A DNA stretch of 63,980 nt, the filler included, from Porpidia crustulata (lineage: Eukaryota), in assembly GCA_964255105.1 (NCBI GenBank). It is 3 parts of 3 records of this genome, joined end to end, with 100 filler letters (N's around TTAATTAATTAA, not from the genome) between each part and the next. Parts side by side here need not be neighbours in the genome. Positions count along the whole stretch, not along the records: positions 1 to 22,000 come from CAXUWE010000091.1; 2 more parts are not named here. One strand, given 5' to 3'. Positions 1 through 11,314 of this stretch are shown piece by piece. Position numbers and translations under genes: made by a program. Every line of letters begins with the position of its first letter. Within the stretch, counting starts at the first letter, position 1. The notes beneath the pieces are model-generated. The model was not told the origin of the DNA and ran no database searches. It saw only the letters and a program-made list of their open reading frames with translations.

Positions 1-663
1 ACCTACCACGCCCTCGCCGCCCTCGCCGCCGAAACCCGCACCTACCTCCTCGGCGGCAGCATCCCCGAATACGTCCCCGCCACCGACAAATACCACAACA
101 CCGCCCTCCTCTTCGGCCCCGCCGGCGATCTCCTCGCCACCCACCGCAAGGTCCACCTCTTCGACATCGACATCCCCGGCAAAATCACCTTCCGCGAGTC
201 CGACGTCCTCTCCCCCGGCGACCACCTCACCCTCGCCGACCTGCCCCCTTACGGCCGCGTCGCCCTCGCCATCTGCTACGACGTACGCTTCCCCGAGCTC
301 GCCACCATCGTCGCCCGCCGCGGCGCCTTCCTGCTGCTCTACCCGGGCGCCTTCAATTTGACCACGGGGGCCCTGCATTGGTCGCTGCAGGCGCGCGCCC
401 GCGCCATGGACAATCAGGTTTACGTCGGCATGTGCAGTCCGGCGAGGGACATGGAGGCGAGCTACCACGCGTGGGGCCACAGCATGGTGGTGGATCCGAA
501 CGCGGGGGTGCTGTGCGAGGCGGGGGAAGGCGAGGAGGTGGTGTACGCGGAATTGCGAGGAGAGGTTATTGCGGAGACGAGGAAAGGGATCCCGTTGGAG
601 GGGCAGAGGCGGTTCGATGTTTATCCGGATGTTAGCAAGGGGGATGTCAAAATTAATGAATAA
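1..663 (+). CDS. NIT3: Carbon-nitrogen hydrolase (nitrilase family, omega-amidase Nit3-like), 5'-truncated
   Basis: Frame 1 is open from base 1: ...LLGGSIPE...HRKVHLFDIDIPGKITFRESDVL...ICYDVRFPEL...YPGAFNLTTGALHW...ARARAMDNQVY...AWGHSMVVDP. Catalytic Lys and Cys motifs are present; stop TAA at 661-663. Confidence 0.9.
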   Translation, partial: TYHALAALAAETRTYLLGGSIPEYVPATDKYHNTALLFGPAGDLLATHRKVHLFDIDIPGKITFRESDVLSPGDHLTLADLPPYGRVALAICYDVRFPELATIVARRGAFLLLYPGAFNLTTGALHWSLQARARAMDNQVYVGMCSPARDMEASYHAWGHSMVVDPNAGVLCEAGEGEEVVYAELRGEVIAETRKGIPLEGQRRFDVYPDVSKGDVKINE

Positions 664-1179
664 GGGGAGGAGGTGGTTGGTATACGCTACGGATTGTGAG
701 TGGACACAAATACCTCATGATTGGTGAACCCATCCCTATCAATGTAGCCTTCATTTACTCCCATTCTTTTCACCACTGTAAATATCATACTCATGGCAAA
801 TTTTCATCACGGCCTCCATATCTACTAGGCCCAACATCTCGCCCCCTTTTGTTTTCTTGATAGTAATACACCTCGATACTACCCTATTCAGTTAGCCTTT
901 CGCCATCACAGAGCTTCACAGAGCTAATCAAGAAACTGGTTATAGAACTGATCAACTAATCATGCACGATGTAACATCATAGCGGCGTTATTCGAGATTT
1001 GAACATTTTCTTGATTCGCTATATAGATACAGTGACTCCCTACTCTAATTTGCTAAACACGTAGAACCCTCCCAGTGCCTTCGGTTTCACCAATATAAAC
1101 ATTTACGGGTGTGAAAAAGGGGGTAGTTCAAATTCAGATCAGGGTACATCCAGTGATCTAAATCCTTTGCTCGGCGTCT

Positions 1180-1388
1180 CATACCCCTTTCCGGTAGGTC
1201 AAGTTCGAAGACTGTCCAACCCCGGACAGGGTGATGAAGCGAGAAAGGGGTATGGATAACTGTTGTTGGTTGGCGGGGTAATGTATCGATGTGTAGGATA
1301 TGTTAGTTGGATAGGAAACCTGCTGAGGCTCTCGTATCCTTTTTCCGGTAGGTCAAGTCCGAAGACTGTCCAGCCCCAGGCGAAGGAT
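1180..1388. repeat. Two-copy direct repeat (36-nt core), each copy inside a predicted hairpin
   Basis: TTTCCGGTAGGTCAAGTTCGAAGACTGTCCAACCCC (1188-1223) vs TTTCCGGTAGGTCAAGTCCGAAGACTGTCCAGCCCC (1342-1377), 2 mismatches. Confidence 0.85.
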
Positions 1389-1585
1389 GGAAGAGGGCAA
1401 AGCGGGGGTGTTGTTAAGCAAGGTAGTGAAAGGTCGTGAACTGTGCAACAGTCGTATGCCGGGTCTGCTTTGCTTCGCTAAAAATTCGCAGAATACCAAA
1501 AATAAAACCGACGAAAGATTCAAGAAATATATGCTTTTATGGCCTTGCTCTTCAATCGTCACGCCCATGATGTCCTCAAAGGATC

Positions 1586-4500
1586 TTAATTGACTTTCTT
1601 CTCCTCGAGCACGGCCGACAATTTCTTTGCGTCCTCGTCCGTTCCAGTCCTCACCATCCACATCTCAAGCTTTCCAGAGTCTGAGGGAACTGCCATCTTA
1701 ACGGCCTTGCTACCAGCATAATCGTATTTCATGTTACTGAGTAGGGCTACATTGAGAATGACCTTGCCGATAGTCGCCTGCCTAAGGACCATCCTCGTCT
1801 TGCTGGTTTCGCGGTGACTCAGTACACGAAGTAAGCCGACGCCTTTGCTGTCCCATATTTTAGAAGAGGGATTGAATGACAAAGCTTTAGCCTTGACTTC
1901 AAAGATAACATCCTCGTCCTCTTCACCTGGACCTACAGATGAGAGATCAAGCTGCTCATGGTGCTCCACCACATCATCTCCATCAGCGGCGGATTCGTTA
2001 GCACTTTCACCTGTAGTCGTAGCACCAGGAGATGTAGCTCTTGATGTTGTATTAGATGCCACTCCAAAGGAAGGCGCCAAAGTACTGGACGCAGTCTTGG
2101 GAGGCCCACCAAATGCAAATCCGAACGCAGCGCTTGTTGATTTCGCAGGCGTGTTTCCAAAGATACTGGAGGCCGGCTTGTCTGGAGTCTCTGTTGATGC
2201 AGTCGCTTGGGGTGCTCCGAACAGGCCTCCAAAAGATGGTTTTGACGGCGTTGGAGATGTGACGGTTACGCCAGGTGCATTGGTCATGCTTCCAAACTTG
2301 ATTGGAGTATCAGGTTTCCACGTGTGGTCACCCTGAGGTGAACCTTCTGATTTGCCACTGTCAGTGCCTGGAGGAGGCTGCCCAAAAATATTGAAACTCG
2401 GCTTGGAAAGGCTCGATCCAGGAGTAAATGACGACGATTGCCCAAACATGTTAGAGCTTTGCTTAGATGGGGTCAATACAGAGGCCGGTGCGGATGACTG
2501 GCCGAATGGATTAGAATTAGGCTTTGACGAAGCTGATGAGCCGAGATCGCTGAATAGCGATTTCGCCGAAGAAGATTGACTAAATAAAGTGGAACCTGAG
2601 CCGATTGACGGTGCTTGGCTGAAGATGCTGGTCGTGGTTTGAAAATTAGATGGTTCTGATGCAGTGCTCTCGGATCTCTTCTCCTCGGCCGGCTGAATTT
2701 CTTTGATGGCACTACCGCTGTCGTCTCTTGTAATCCTGTCAAATAAGCTCCGGCCAGAAGACTGGGCTTCGCCACTTGATATTCCTGGCGGTTGTGACCA
2801 ACGACCGTTGACCGCAGCAAATGAGTTATTATTAGCAGAGGACGCAGCCTCCTCGCTTGGTTTTGCATCCTTCTGTTGAGACGAAGTTCGTTGAGCTCCC
2901 TCTATCATGACCTTCTGGTCATAATCTTTACCACTGTCAATTTCTCCTTCTGAACCATCGTCTTCATCATCCGCATCGCCAGTCTTGCTACTCTCTGCAC
3001 CAGAGTCCAAATCAGTAAGGTGACCGAACATATTATGGCTGTTGACCACGCCCTGCGCAGCAGACTTGGACGCAGAAAGCGAGGCGCTCGGCACGGAGGG
3101 TTTCAACAAATCCTGACCAGCTGCTCTAGGCGTGGCCTCTTTCTCATGTATCTTCTCTGCGTCATCATCACTAAAGACGAAGCCTTTGCCAGGGATGAGC
3201 CTTGCCTTTTTAGGCATGAGAGTATTCTCTAATTTTTGCTTCTTGGCTCGCTGTTCCTCTGCGTCTTTGCGCTCCCATTCAGCTTCATTATCTTCATCAG
3301 AATCAAAATCCTCAGCTTTACGTTTCTCCTTGGCCTTCTTCGCGGTGTCTTCCGCAGTCTTGCCAAATTGGGGTAGAAAATTCGACGGAGCGCCTATGCC
3401 AAATTTTGGTATCTCGAATGTTGGCGGTTTGTCGACAGCAGAAAATGTTGCCTTCGTAGAACCAGCTGTGACAGGAGCTGGGGTAGCCGTAATGTTCAAG
3501 GAGGACTGTGCCAAGGGTGCGAAAAGGGTTTTTGGAGGAGGCCCAGTCGAATTAGGCTTGACGGAGAACGGGTTGGCCTTTGCGGAAGCTGAAGGCTGTA
3601 CCCGTGGAGCCATGGCTGGCTTCGAGGGAGACTGCGAGACCGATTCCGAGGAAGGCGGCAGAGACACTTTGGGAGCCTCTTTGGGTAGAGAAGGCGATTT
3701 CCTCAATGGACCTGGACTTCTACTTGTCGATGACGCCTTGGACTGAAATGAACTTTGCGTTGTTGTAAATCGAAGCTTGGCATCGGGTGCAGTGACATTG
3801 CCAGGACCACCAGCTGTAAGGGGTTGCTCCTTGGCGCCAAGAACGTTTTTGAATATACTAGAAGTTTGCGAATTCGATGTAGAGCTTGAGAGGGACGGAT
3901 ATGCAATCTTACGCTCACCATGGGTTTGCTTCGTGCTGTCAGTAGGCCCCTGCCCAGCGGTTTTGTCCATGTCTCCCTCTGGCTTCCTCTTCGCAGGCAT
4001 GCTCTGTCGGTTCGGTGATTTTGAGAACGTGTCTCCGTTCATGTTCGGACCGTTCGAGACCGTCGGGTGGGGTTTCGGTTCATGTGAAGATAGTGTGTCG
4101 AGTTTGGCTCTCTTGTTTGGTGCTGCTTTCCGTTGTGTATCACTTACTGGCTTTCTCTTTTTTCCAGCAATTTGCTTTGGCGGCATATCTCCTGCATCAT
4201 ATATAGCCTGGACTCTCTCCCGGTAGAATCGCCTGACTACTTCCAACTCCTTCGGGGAGTTTGAATACTTCTTGACATGCTTTTGTATGCCTAAGTCAAG
4301 AGCTTTGAGCCGATAACCAATGACCAGGTGTCGTTTTTGCTCTGCGGTAAATTCTGCAGGTGGATCCGGCGGTACTCCGATAACCCGACCATTTGTAGGT
4401 CGTGGCATCGTGAACGTTGAGGATTTACCGTCGATAGCTGTGTTGTGGCTATTGGTCTCTCGGTCTTGAGTATTTACTTTCGTTGGCACACTGCTAAGTG

Positions 4501-6538
4501 ATGAAGAAGACGGAAACGAGGAATTTGAGGCTAGAGATGATTGAGAAGTACCTGGCACATTGCTGGCAGCAGACTTTCCATCCTGTAAATTAGGGACATT
4601 AAAGTGTGAGGTTGCGATGCTCTCTTGACTTGCTGTAAAGAAAGTACCATTCAGCTGTGGTCTGGGTGGAGACCTAGTAGGCGAGGTTGAAGAGCCAGCG
4701 TAGACAGGTTTAGCTAACACGAGTCCATGAGGATCCGAGACGGGAGCGCTATCGGGGATGACCTCTGTCAAGGGCTTTGATATCTGATCAAACAGGCTCC
4801 CTTCTCGGACCTGTGTATTTTTAGGTTCATGCTGGCTGGACACCTGACTTGACTTTTGTCCATCACCTGCGGAGCTGGCCAACCCGTCTGGATGCTTAGT
4901 TATTCTGTCGAAGAGACTACTTCCTTGGCGCTGTATCATAGGATTGTGAACGTCAGCGGGCGCAGTAAGGGCATCGAGAGACGCGAAAGGACCCGCTGGT
5001 CTGTTGGCGATGTCTGGTTGCGAGTCGGCCGAGGGGACCGACAAGGGTTCTTCAGCTTGGGTGACAGAAGCTTTCGACTTCTGAGACTTTTGCTCAAACA
5101 TATTGCTGCCCCACCGTTGAGACTGTTGCCCAAATACGTTGCTGCTCGGCTGCTGAGGCTGTTGTCCAAATATATTGCTACTCGGCTGCTGAGGCTGTTG
5201 TCCAAATATGTTGCTATTTGGTTGCTGTGAGTTTTGGTTAAAAATATTGCTTTTGGGGTGTTGAGAATGCTGTTGCTGTTCGAAAGTATTGCCATTCGAT
5301 TGCTGTGGGGTTTGTCCAAATGCGTTGTTCTTTGTCTGGGAGGCGTCATGCTGCTGCTCAAATATATTGTTATTTGGCTGTTGAGACTGCTGTTGGAATA
5401 TGCTATTGCTACTTTGCTGAGTCTGCTGGTCAAAAGGATTACTAGCAGATTGTTGGGGTTGCGTTAGGCTCTGCCCAAATAGATTGCCAGTAGGTAGCGC
5501 CTGGTTCTGTCCAAAAAGATTATTGTTAGATTGCTGAGGCTGCGTCTGGGTTGGTCCGAAGAAATTATTTGCAAACGGTGTAGTTGGCTTGTGCTCAGTC
5601 TGTTGTCCAAACATATTTGATGAGGATTGGAAGAGGTCTGTGGGGGCAGGCTGGTTTGTGGCCCAAACGAAAGGTGCATGGGCTTCGAACTGTGGGGCTT
5701 GTTCACCCAATTCGCGTTCGGCATCTGTCTCAGCTCTTGAATAGCTGTTCCTCTTTTTGATGGCTTGAGATGGATCGGGGGCTTTCTCAGGTGGTCTTGG
5801 AGCTGTTGTAGATGCAGGAAGTTTGAACAAGCTACCTTGAAAACCACCAAATTGAGGAACTGGCACCGGGTCGTCCTGTCCGTACTTTCCAGTATCGTTC
5901 TCAATACCAAACGGATTGTTAACCGCTGACGCTTCAGTCATCGAAAAGTTGAAAGTCGTACTTGATGGAGCAACCGGTGGAAAGGAGGCACTTTGTGAGG
6001 TCAGACCAAAAGTCGAATTTGTTTGATTCTGACCTGATGTTGCGCCACCTTGTTGGCCAAAGGTGAACGCACCCGTAGGTTGCTGTAAGTCGTTGGAATT
6101 GTTGGAGGTGGTATTATTGGTAAATTGCGCCGGCTGCTGTATGTTTCGGAAAGGTGATGGGAGAGAGCGTGACGGAGTAGCTGGGCGACGTGTACCACCT
6201 CGACCTCGAAGGATCCTGCGCATGTTATAGTCAGTCGCACGGAACCAATACTTGCTATACCCGGATTCTTCGTTCATTGACACAGATTTGTAGTTTTTGG
6301 TGTCACGTGTAGTGATACAAGAGGTGTGAAAGTGAATCTTGCGAATTGGCCTTTTATTGAGAATCGAGCACATCCATTGATACAAGCCCAAAGAATCAAC
6401 ACGGCAACCAGGGATACCATTCACTCACTTTCTGTTTGCTAGCTGAGCTGCCGTCGCCCTCTGAGGTTGCACCTCGTCATCTGGAATATCTGACGGCCCA
6501 TCTTTCACAAGTTGCGTGTCAGCGGTACGCTTCGCCAT
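1586..6538 (-). CDS. NUP2: Nucleoporin Nup2/Nup50-like (N-terminal importin-alpha-binding segment, FG repeats, C-terminal RanBD1 domain); 2 exons
   Basis: Exon 1 6538-6429 (MAKRTADTQLVKD...ATAAQLANR) splices GTGAGT...CTGAC...CAG to exon 2 at 6215 in frame (K-ILRGRGG). FG/FGQ repeats; C-terminal GEEDEDVIFEVKAK...WDSKGVGLLRVL...RMVLR...VILN is a Ran-binding domain. Confidence 0.88.
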
Positions 6539-7233
6539 GGTGCCGACTTGTTGGGGAACTGATAATCCAGATCTAATGACGGCAGAGACTGCGGGAAGAC
6601 GTGATAATTAGGTACTGTATAGTTGATCCATGAGGAACGCGAAAAACCCCGTTTGGAAAAAGGTGTGGAGCATACTTGAGTCTTCAAACACTCATTCACA
6701 GGAACCCACTACCGCTAAGCTCATAACCGCCTACACTTCCACTCCTAGGGCGCGCGATCTGAAGATACTAATGGTGTTTGAGGAGCTTTTGTGATGTCGT
6801 GACTTTGTTGACGGAGTCGCACATTTCCATCCGCCAGCGGTCAAGCGAGCTTTACCCTTTCGAGAATGTTGCACATCGCACGCTGCCCCAGAATCCTCAT
6901 CCCTACGAAATTGAGATCATTGATCACTCACACATCATAATGCCGCAGGCATACCACCACCGCGATACGATATTTGGAATCTATTGTTATAGTTCATGCA
7001 TTGCAAACTAGAACAAAGGGCTACTCCAGGGTGCCATGACCTAGGACAAGATTATCCGACTCAAAATCTAGGTATTTCAAAAGTCTCGACAGCACCACAG
7101 CCTCCCCAAATTTCCAATCATGCTTCCATGTCTTGTGGAATCCATGTCAAGTCCACAGGTGGGTGAGGCGGAGAGATTGCAATCGACATGTTCACTCGAG
7201 TGCGAAGAGCAGTACAAGTACAAATACCCTCGT

Positions 7234-7796
7234 CTACAACTTGGCCTTTGTTTGCGCCTTCTTTAAGATAGGCTCCATCTTTGTTGCCTTCATAACATCA
7301 CCCTTGATCTTCAGCTTTCCCGACATGAAGAGTCGTTGTGCCTGTGTCTTTCCGTTGACCATCTTACCGAAATCCTCGTCGGATAGTGAAAGAGTGACTA
7401 TGGTCCCATGTATTAGCCAGAGGCCATGGGATTTCTCTTTGTAATGCAGCAAGGCAGAAATGAGGTAAATCTTCCGCTTTCTTTCTCACGAGCAAAGGTA
7501 AGGTAACGGGTAGGCTCACCGTCTGCCTTCTTCCCTTCCGGAGCATCACCCTTAGCTACTGCACCCTTCTCCTTTAAGTCAATGTACCAGCTGTCTGTTT
7601 GCCCTTCTTTGTTCTTCAAGGTGAAAGCGAATATAGCGTTGCCCTTCTTGATGGCATCTTTCCGTTCCGCATCATCCGATTGCAGGGAGCTATTGATGGC
7701 GTCGAAGGCTAGGGAGGAAGGAAACGCATCTTCTAGCAATCAGACACTGCTTTTATAATGACAATTGGAGTATGATTTACCGCTCTTGAGAGACAT
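7234..7796 (-). CDS. SCP2 sterol-carrier / peroxisomal lipid-transfer protein (POX18-like); 3 exons
   Basis: MSLKS / DAFPSSLAFDAI...WYIDLKEKG...KKAD / VTLSLSDEDFGKMVNGKTQAQRLFMSGKLKIKGDVMKA; ends in PTS1 tripeptide AKL; GT-AG introns. Confidence 0.9.
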
Positions 7797-8198
7797 CGTG
7801 AAAGCTGTAGTAGGACTTCGTCAACGTAAGTCACGGAGAATTATTGATCTGTGCTTTGTGGAGACTCGAGATGTAGGGAGTGAGAGTATGATGAGGATCG
7901 AAGAATATGAAGATGTTAACAACACTTCGCAATAAAATCGTGAGTGGACCAGGAGACGCTCGCATGTCTATCAATCCTCCGAATGCATGTGATTGTGGTT
8001 GGCGCATTCATTCTTTTCCCGAATTGCCGAGGCCGCTTAAACTCGCCTAGAGTACCTAGTAGGTAGAAATGTCTCTCTAATCACAGTCACAGGTTCTCTG
8101 CAATGAGGCACACATCGTTGAAGACTGCCCTAAATCATAGTATAGAATTGAATACTATCTTACTTGATAGATCTAGAATCTGCGCCGAACACTGTTCC

Positions 8199-9575
8199 CT
8201 ATATCCAGCTAAAGACGGAACTTCTCAAGAATTTCTTCATGTGCTCCGGAGTGCCCCAGAAGAGTTCTCGGCTCTTCGCTCCTGCTCTCTGCCATCTAGC
8301 GTAAGGATGTCGTGAATTTTGCGCCCTCGCATACTCATGGATGACGCTCTTCAGCTGCTGCTCTCCGAGACCGACGGGACTGAGCACGAGCGGGACGTCC
8401 ATTACTTCTTCAGACTTCTCTTTCCAATTATCGCTCCCGCTGATTCGAGTGAGCGGTGAAAGCGCGTCATCCCAAGTACCGCTTCGTAGACGCGTGTCCT
8501 CGAAATTGAATTCTCGTAGGGTTCGCCGGTGACAGTTGATGAAGCTGGAGATTTGGCGAGCGTCGGTGATGATGTTTTCAACCTCCATGTCCCGCAATCG
8601 CGTGAAGCGAAGGGGACGCAATGCAAGGTGGCATCTTGTCGGACACGCTGATTTTGGGCTATCCTCTTGTAGACGGGACTCTCTACCGAGTGAGAGTGGA
8701 CATGGACCTTTGAATCCATTCCATCGGAATTTGAGTTGTCTAAGAGAAGATGAAAATTGTTGAAGATAAGAATGTAGTAGTTTGAAATGATCCATTGGTG
8801 AAGTGGGAGAACAAGTTATACTATCCATGTGTATGGCGAGTTTCCTTATCTGTCTCCATCTTCTCGCAGAGTTTGGTAAGGCAGCGAAGCCCATGGAAGG
8901 GTTCAGATAGAGTACTGCCCCTGGATGAACCGAGTCTAGAGAAAGAGTCTCGAGTGCCTTGAGGTTGGTTCGTTCGACTGCAATGCGAAGAGATATCAAG
9001 GCGTAGTCCACCGTACTTCGCCGGTATCGATGGGCTGGCTCTTGCCCGGGGCACGAAATTTTCAGGTGCTTCATATTTGGGAGCGCAGAAAACGCACGGA
9101 TGAAAGAAGGAATATTAGCGGCCGCGTGGAACAGAGGAGGATATTGCTTGACCAGCAAATCCGTCATTTCCCAACTTCCGTAGGTAGGCGCACTAATGCG
9201 AGAAGCAGGATCCCTGTTTGGTTGAATATGTGGCTCGTAAATAACAGTCTCCTCCATGCCTGTCTCTGGGTCCAGAATCGGTGGTAGAAAGGTTTCGGGA
9301 CCGTGGGCCATACTGAATGTCAAAGTTCGGACATTGTGGCCAATCCGATCCAAAGCTGCCATGCGTGCGGGTTTGATGAAGATACTTGCTCGAAAGGTGA
9401 TGATGATATCTTCAAAAAGGAATGGCGCAGCTCGTATACTGAAGTCATGACAAGCTAGACGAAGGGAAGCTAGGTCTTCTTTTGGCATGCAGGTGAGAAA
9501 TGTCTCTCGAGTCCTGTCGGTCCACCAAAATCGAAGAAACCCGGATCCAGGTGACATCAACATCAAGCATGTCAC
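8199..9575 (-). CDS. Conserved fungal hypothetical protein with F-box-like N-terminal motif; true start not resolved
   Basis: 458-codon ORF with globular composition; MPKEDLASLRLACHDFS resembles an F-box; LRR-like C-terminal segments (LRQLKF, LRDMEV, LREFNF). Confidence 0.7.
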   Translation of the reverse strand: MTCLMLMSPGSGFLRFWWTDRTRETFLTCMPKEDLASLRLACHDFSIRAAPFLFEDIIITFRASIFIKPARMAALDRIGHNVRTLTFSMAHGPETFLPPILDPETGMEETVIYEPHIQPNRDPASRISAPTYGSWEMTDLLVKQYPPLFHAAANIPSFIRAFSALPNMKHLKISCPGQEPAHRYRRSTVDYALISLRIAVERTNLKALETLSLDSVHPGAVLYLNPSMGFAALPNSARRWRQIRKLAIHMDSITCSPTSPMDHFKLLHSYLQQFSSSLRQLKFRWNGFKGPCPLSLGRESRLQEDSPKSACPTRCHLALRPLRFTRLRDMEVENIITDARQISSFINCHRRTLREFNFEDTRLRSGTWDDALSPLTRISGSDNWKEKSEEVMDVPLVLSPVGLGEQQLKSVIHEYARAQNSRHPYARWQRAGAKSRELFWGTPEHMKKFLRSSVFSWI

Positions 9576-11008
9576 TCAATAAGAATACCCTCTTGAGAGG
9601 CATGTTAGACGTTGCCGCATCTACCTTCATAGAGGGACTGCATACTTTGACGACCAAAATTTTCCGCCTTGTGCCTACTCTTCGTAGAAGCTCAACAGGA
9701 ATTATGTATAGTGCGCTAGATCAATCAAATGCGTAAATATTAGTTATCAATATGATTGAGAGACTTTGCAGGAGAGTAGAGCCTTAGGCGCTCATCAAAT
9801 TGTTTCAATTATCGCCTTCGTATAATCATGTATTTTACAAGTATACCTGAGGAAGGTGAGGCATCCCTCTTTGACATAAGAAATCCACTACGCCCAACAA
9901 AATCGCCAAAAGGCTGGGACAGATCGAACGCGATTGTGAGTCACAGTCAAAGAAAACAAAAGGACAGTGTAGATCCACAATGGATCTGCTCGTGAACATG
10001 GTAGAAAGTGCAGGAAAGCAAGCGTTGCGTTGGAGCATCACGAATATTGCGCGGTCGTGATCCTCAGGCTTTCGTGACGGCCGCATTCGAGTGGCCTACG
10101 AGGGGAAGGAGGTTGGGAACAAGCGCATGTTTTGTTTGGGCAAGACGTTTCGGCCTTGGAGGTAGCAAATCAGGGAAGCTGTTTGAATCGCGCTAGAAGA
10201 CTGGGAAGCAGATCGTGCTCGAGGCGGTCTGCACGGCGCGTGTTCTCCGTGATGCTCTCGGCAGATCACCAACATGCACGTTCTCCGCACCGCGGATGAT
10301 GGCACAATCGGCTTGGAAGACCTGGTCGAGTTCGACAAGGCTACTGCGTCAAAAGTCGAGTGAAAGGTGATGGGAGTCTTCCAAGATGGCGAGATGGCGA
10401 GGTTCGACATCCACGCTAGAACGCGTCCCGGTAGTCGCGCGGACCGCGTCGTGTTTCTTCAGGATAATTTCCAAGGCGTCCGCTAGGTATGCTTTCATAA
10501 CGTGCACGAACGCGCAAAAGGTATCTAGTCTCGATGACAAACGGAGGGTTCCTTTTGGTATGACACTGACCGGGCTAAGTTCTTGTGCCGTGGCTCGAAG
10601 TTCTTTCAGCAATCATGTGCTGTGGCTGTTGCAGAAGGCAGAAGAAACCAAACTGTCATTTCTGATTCTACACTTGAATTGATACATTTGGGCCTATATG
10701 AAAGATAGCTTCCACTTAACTGATCCATAGTGATTGATCTACGTGAGCTCTCTGGGGCCAGCAATGCTCGGGGATCTTTCACTACATTTTGCGTTGTGCA
10801 GTTGTTCACAAATCTTTAGAGCATACGTGGAAAGTAAACAGTGGATAGTTGGTCACTACGATGAGCAAAGGTGCATGAAGTGTGGGTGCATAAGAAAAGG
10901 TACAGCTGTTCGAATGAGGCTTCTGAATTTGTGGGTCAATAATCGCAGTCCTCCAAGGACTACGACATCAGCTGTGGCTACTAGCCCTTATAGGTAAAGA
11001 TCTTGGTT

Positions 11009-11314
11009 CTAATGGCCGCATCGTTCGCATTTGCCAGTGGCAGGATCCATTGTCTCCCAGTCACATACATGGCAAGGTAAAGTTGTCGGAGTAAATGGGG
11101 GGCTCGGCTCGCCAAAGACATAACAATTATATCCTACAATCATCAAAAATGTGTACGGGCAATGGCTCCGGTCGTCAAGGTAGACGCCGACGGGATAACC
11201 AGGTTTGTAGGTGTGGATACTCTCCATAAGCTCAGGCTGAAATTTCTCTTCTTGTAAATGTGCGCAAGGCTTTGGTATCGAGGAAATTTGCTTTTCGAGG
11301 GGAGCCGAGGCCAT
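11009..11314 (-). CDS. Small hypothetical protein with C-terminal CxxC-x10-CxxC zinc-ribbon-like motif
   Basis: 101-aa ATG ORF ending CHVCDWETMDPATGKCERCGH; TATATAA about 50 nt upstream and a pyrimidine-rich leader on the minus strand. Confidence 0.5.
   Translation of the reverse strand: MASAPLEKQISSIPKPCAHLQEEKFQPELMESIHTYKPGYPVGVYLDDRSHCPYTFLMIVGYNCYVFGEPSPPFTPTTLPCHVCDWETMDPATGKCERCGH

Noticed and set aside
1180..1254. Hammerhead ribozyme or tRNA/B-box reading of the first repeat copy (UGAUGA...GAAA; GTTCGAA)
   Set aside because: Core is GUGAUGA rather than CUGAUGA, there is no stem II, the second copy lacks these motifs, and no cloverleaf can be drawn.
6224..6424. ORF-track N-terminus of the 1612-aa ORF
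   Set aside because: It is intron sequence; the spliced upstream exon gives the expected Nup2 N-terminus.
9835..10997. Several short ORFs upstream of the F-box-like gene
   Set aside because: No recognisable motif or consistent exon chain; may be a decayed gene but cannot be supported.
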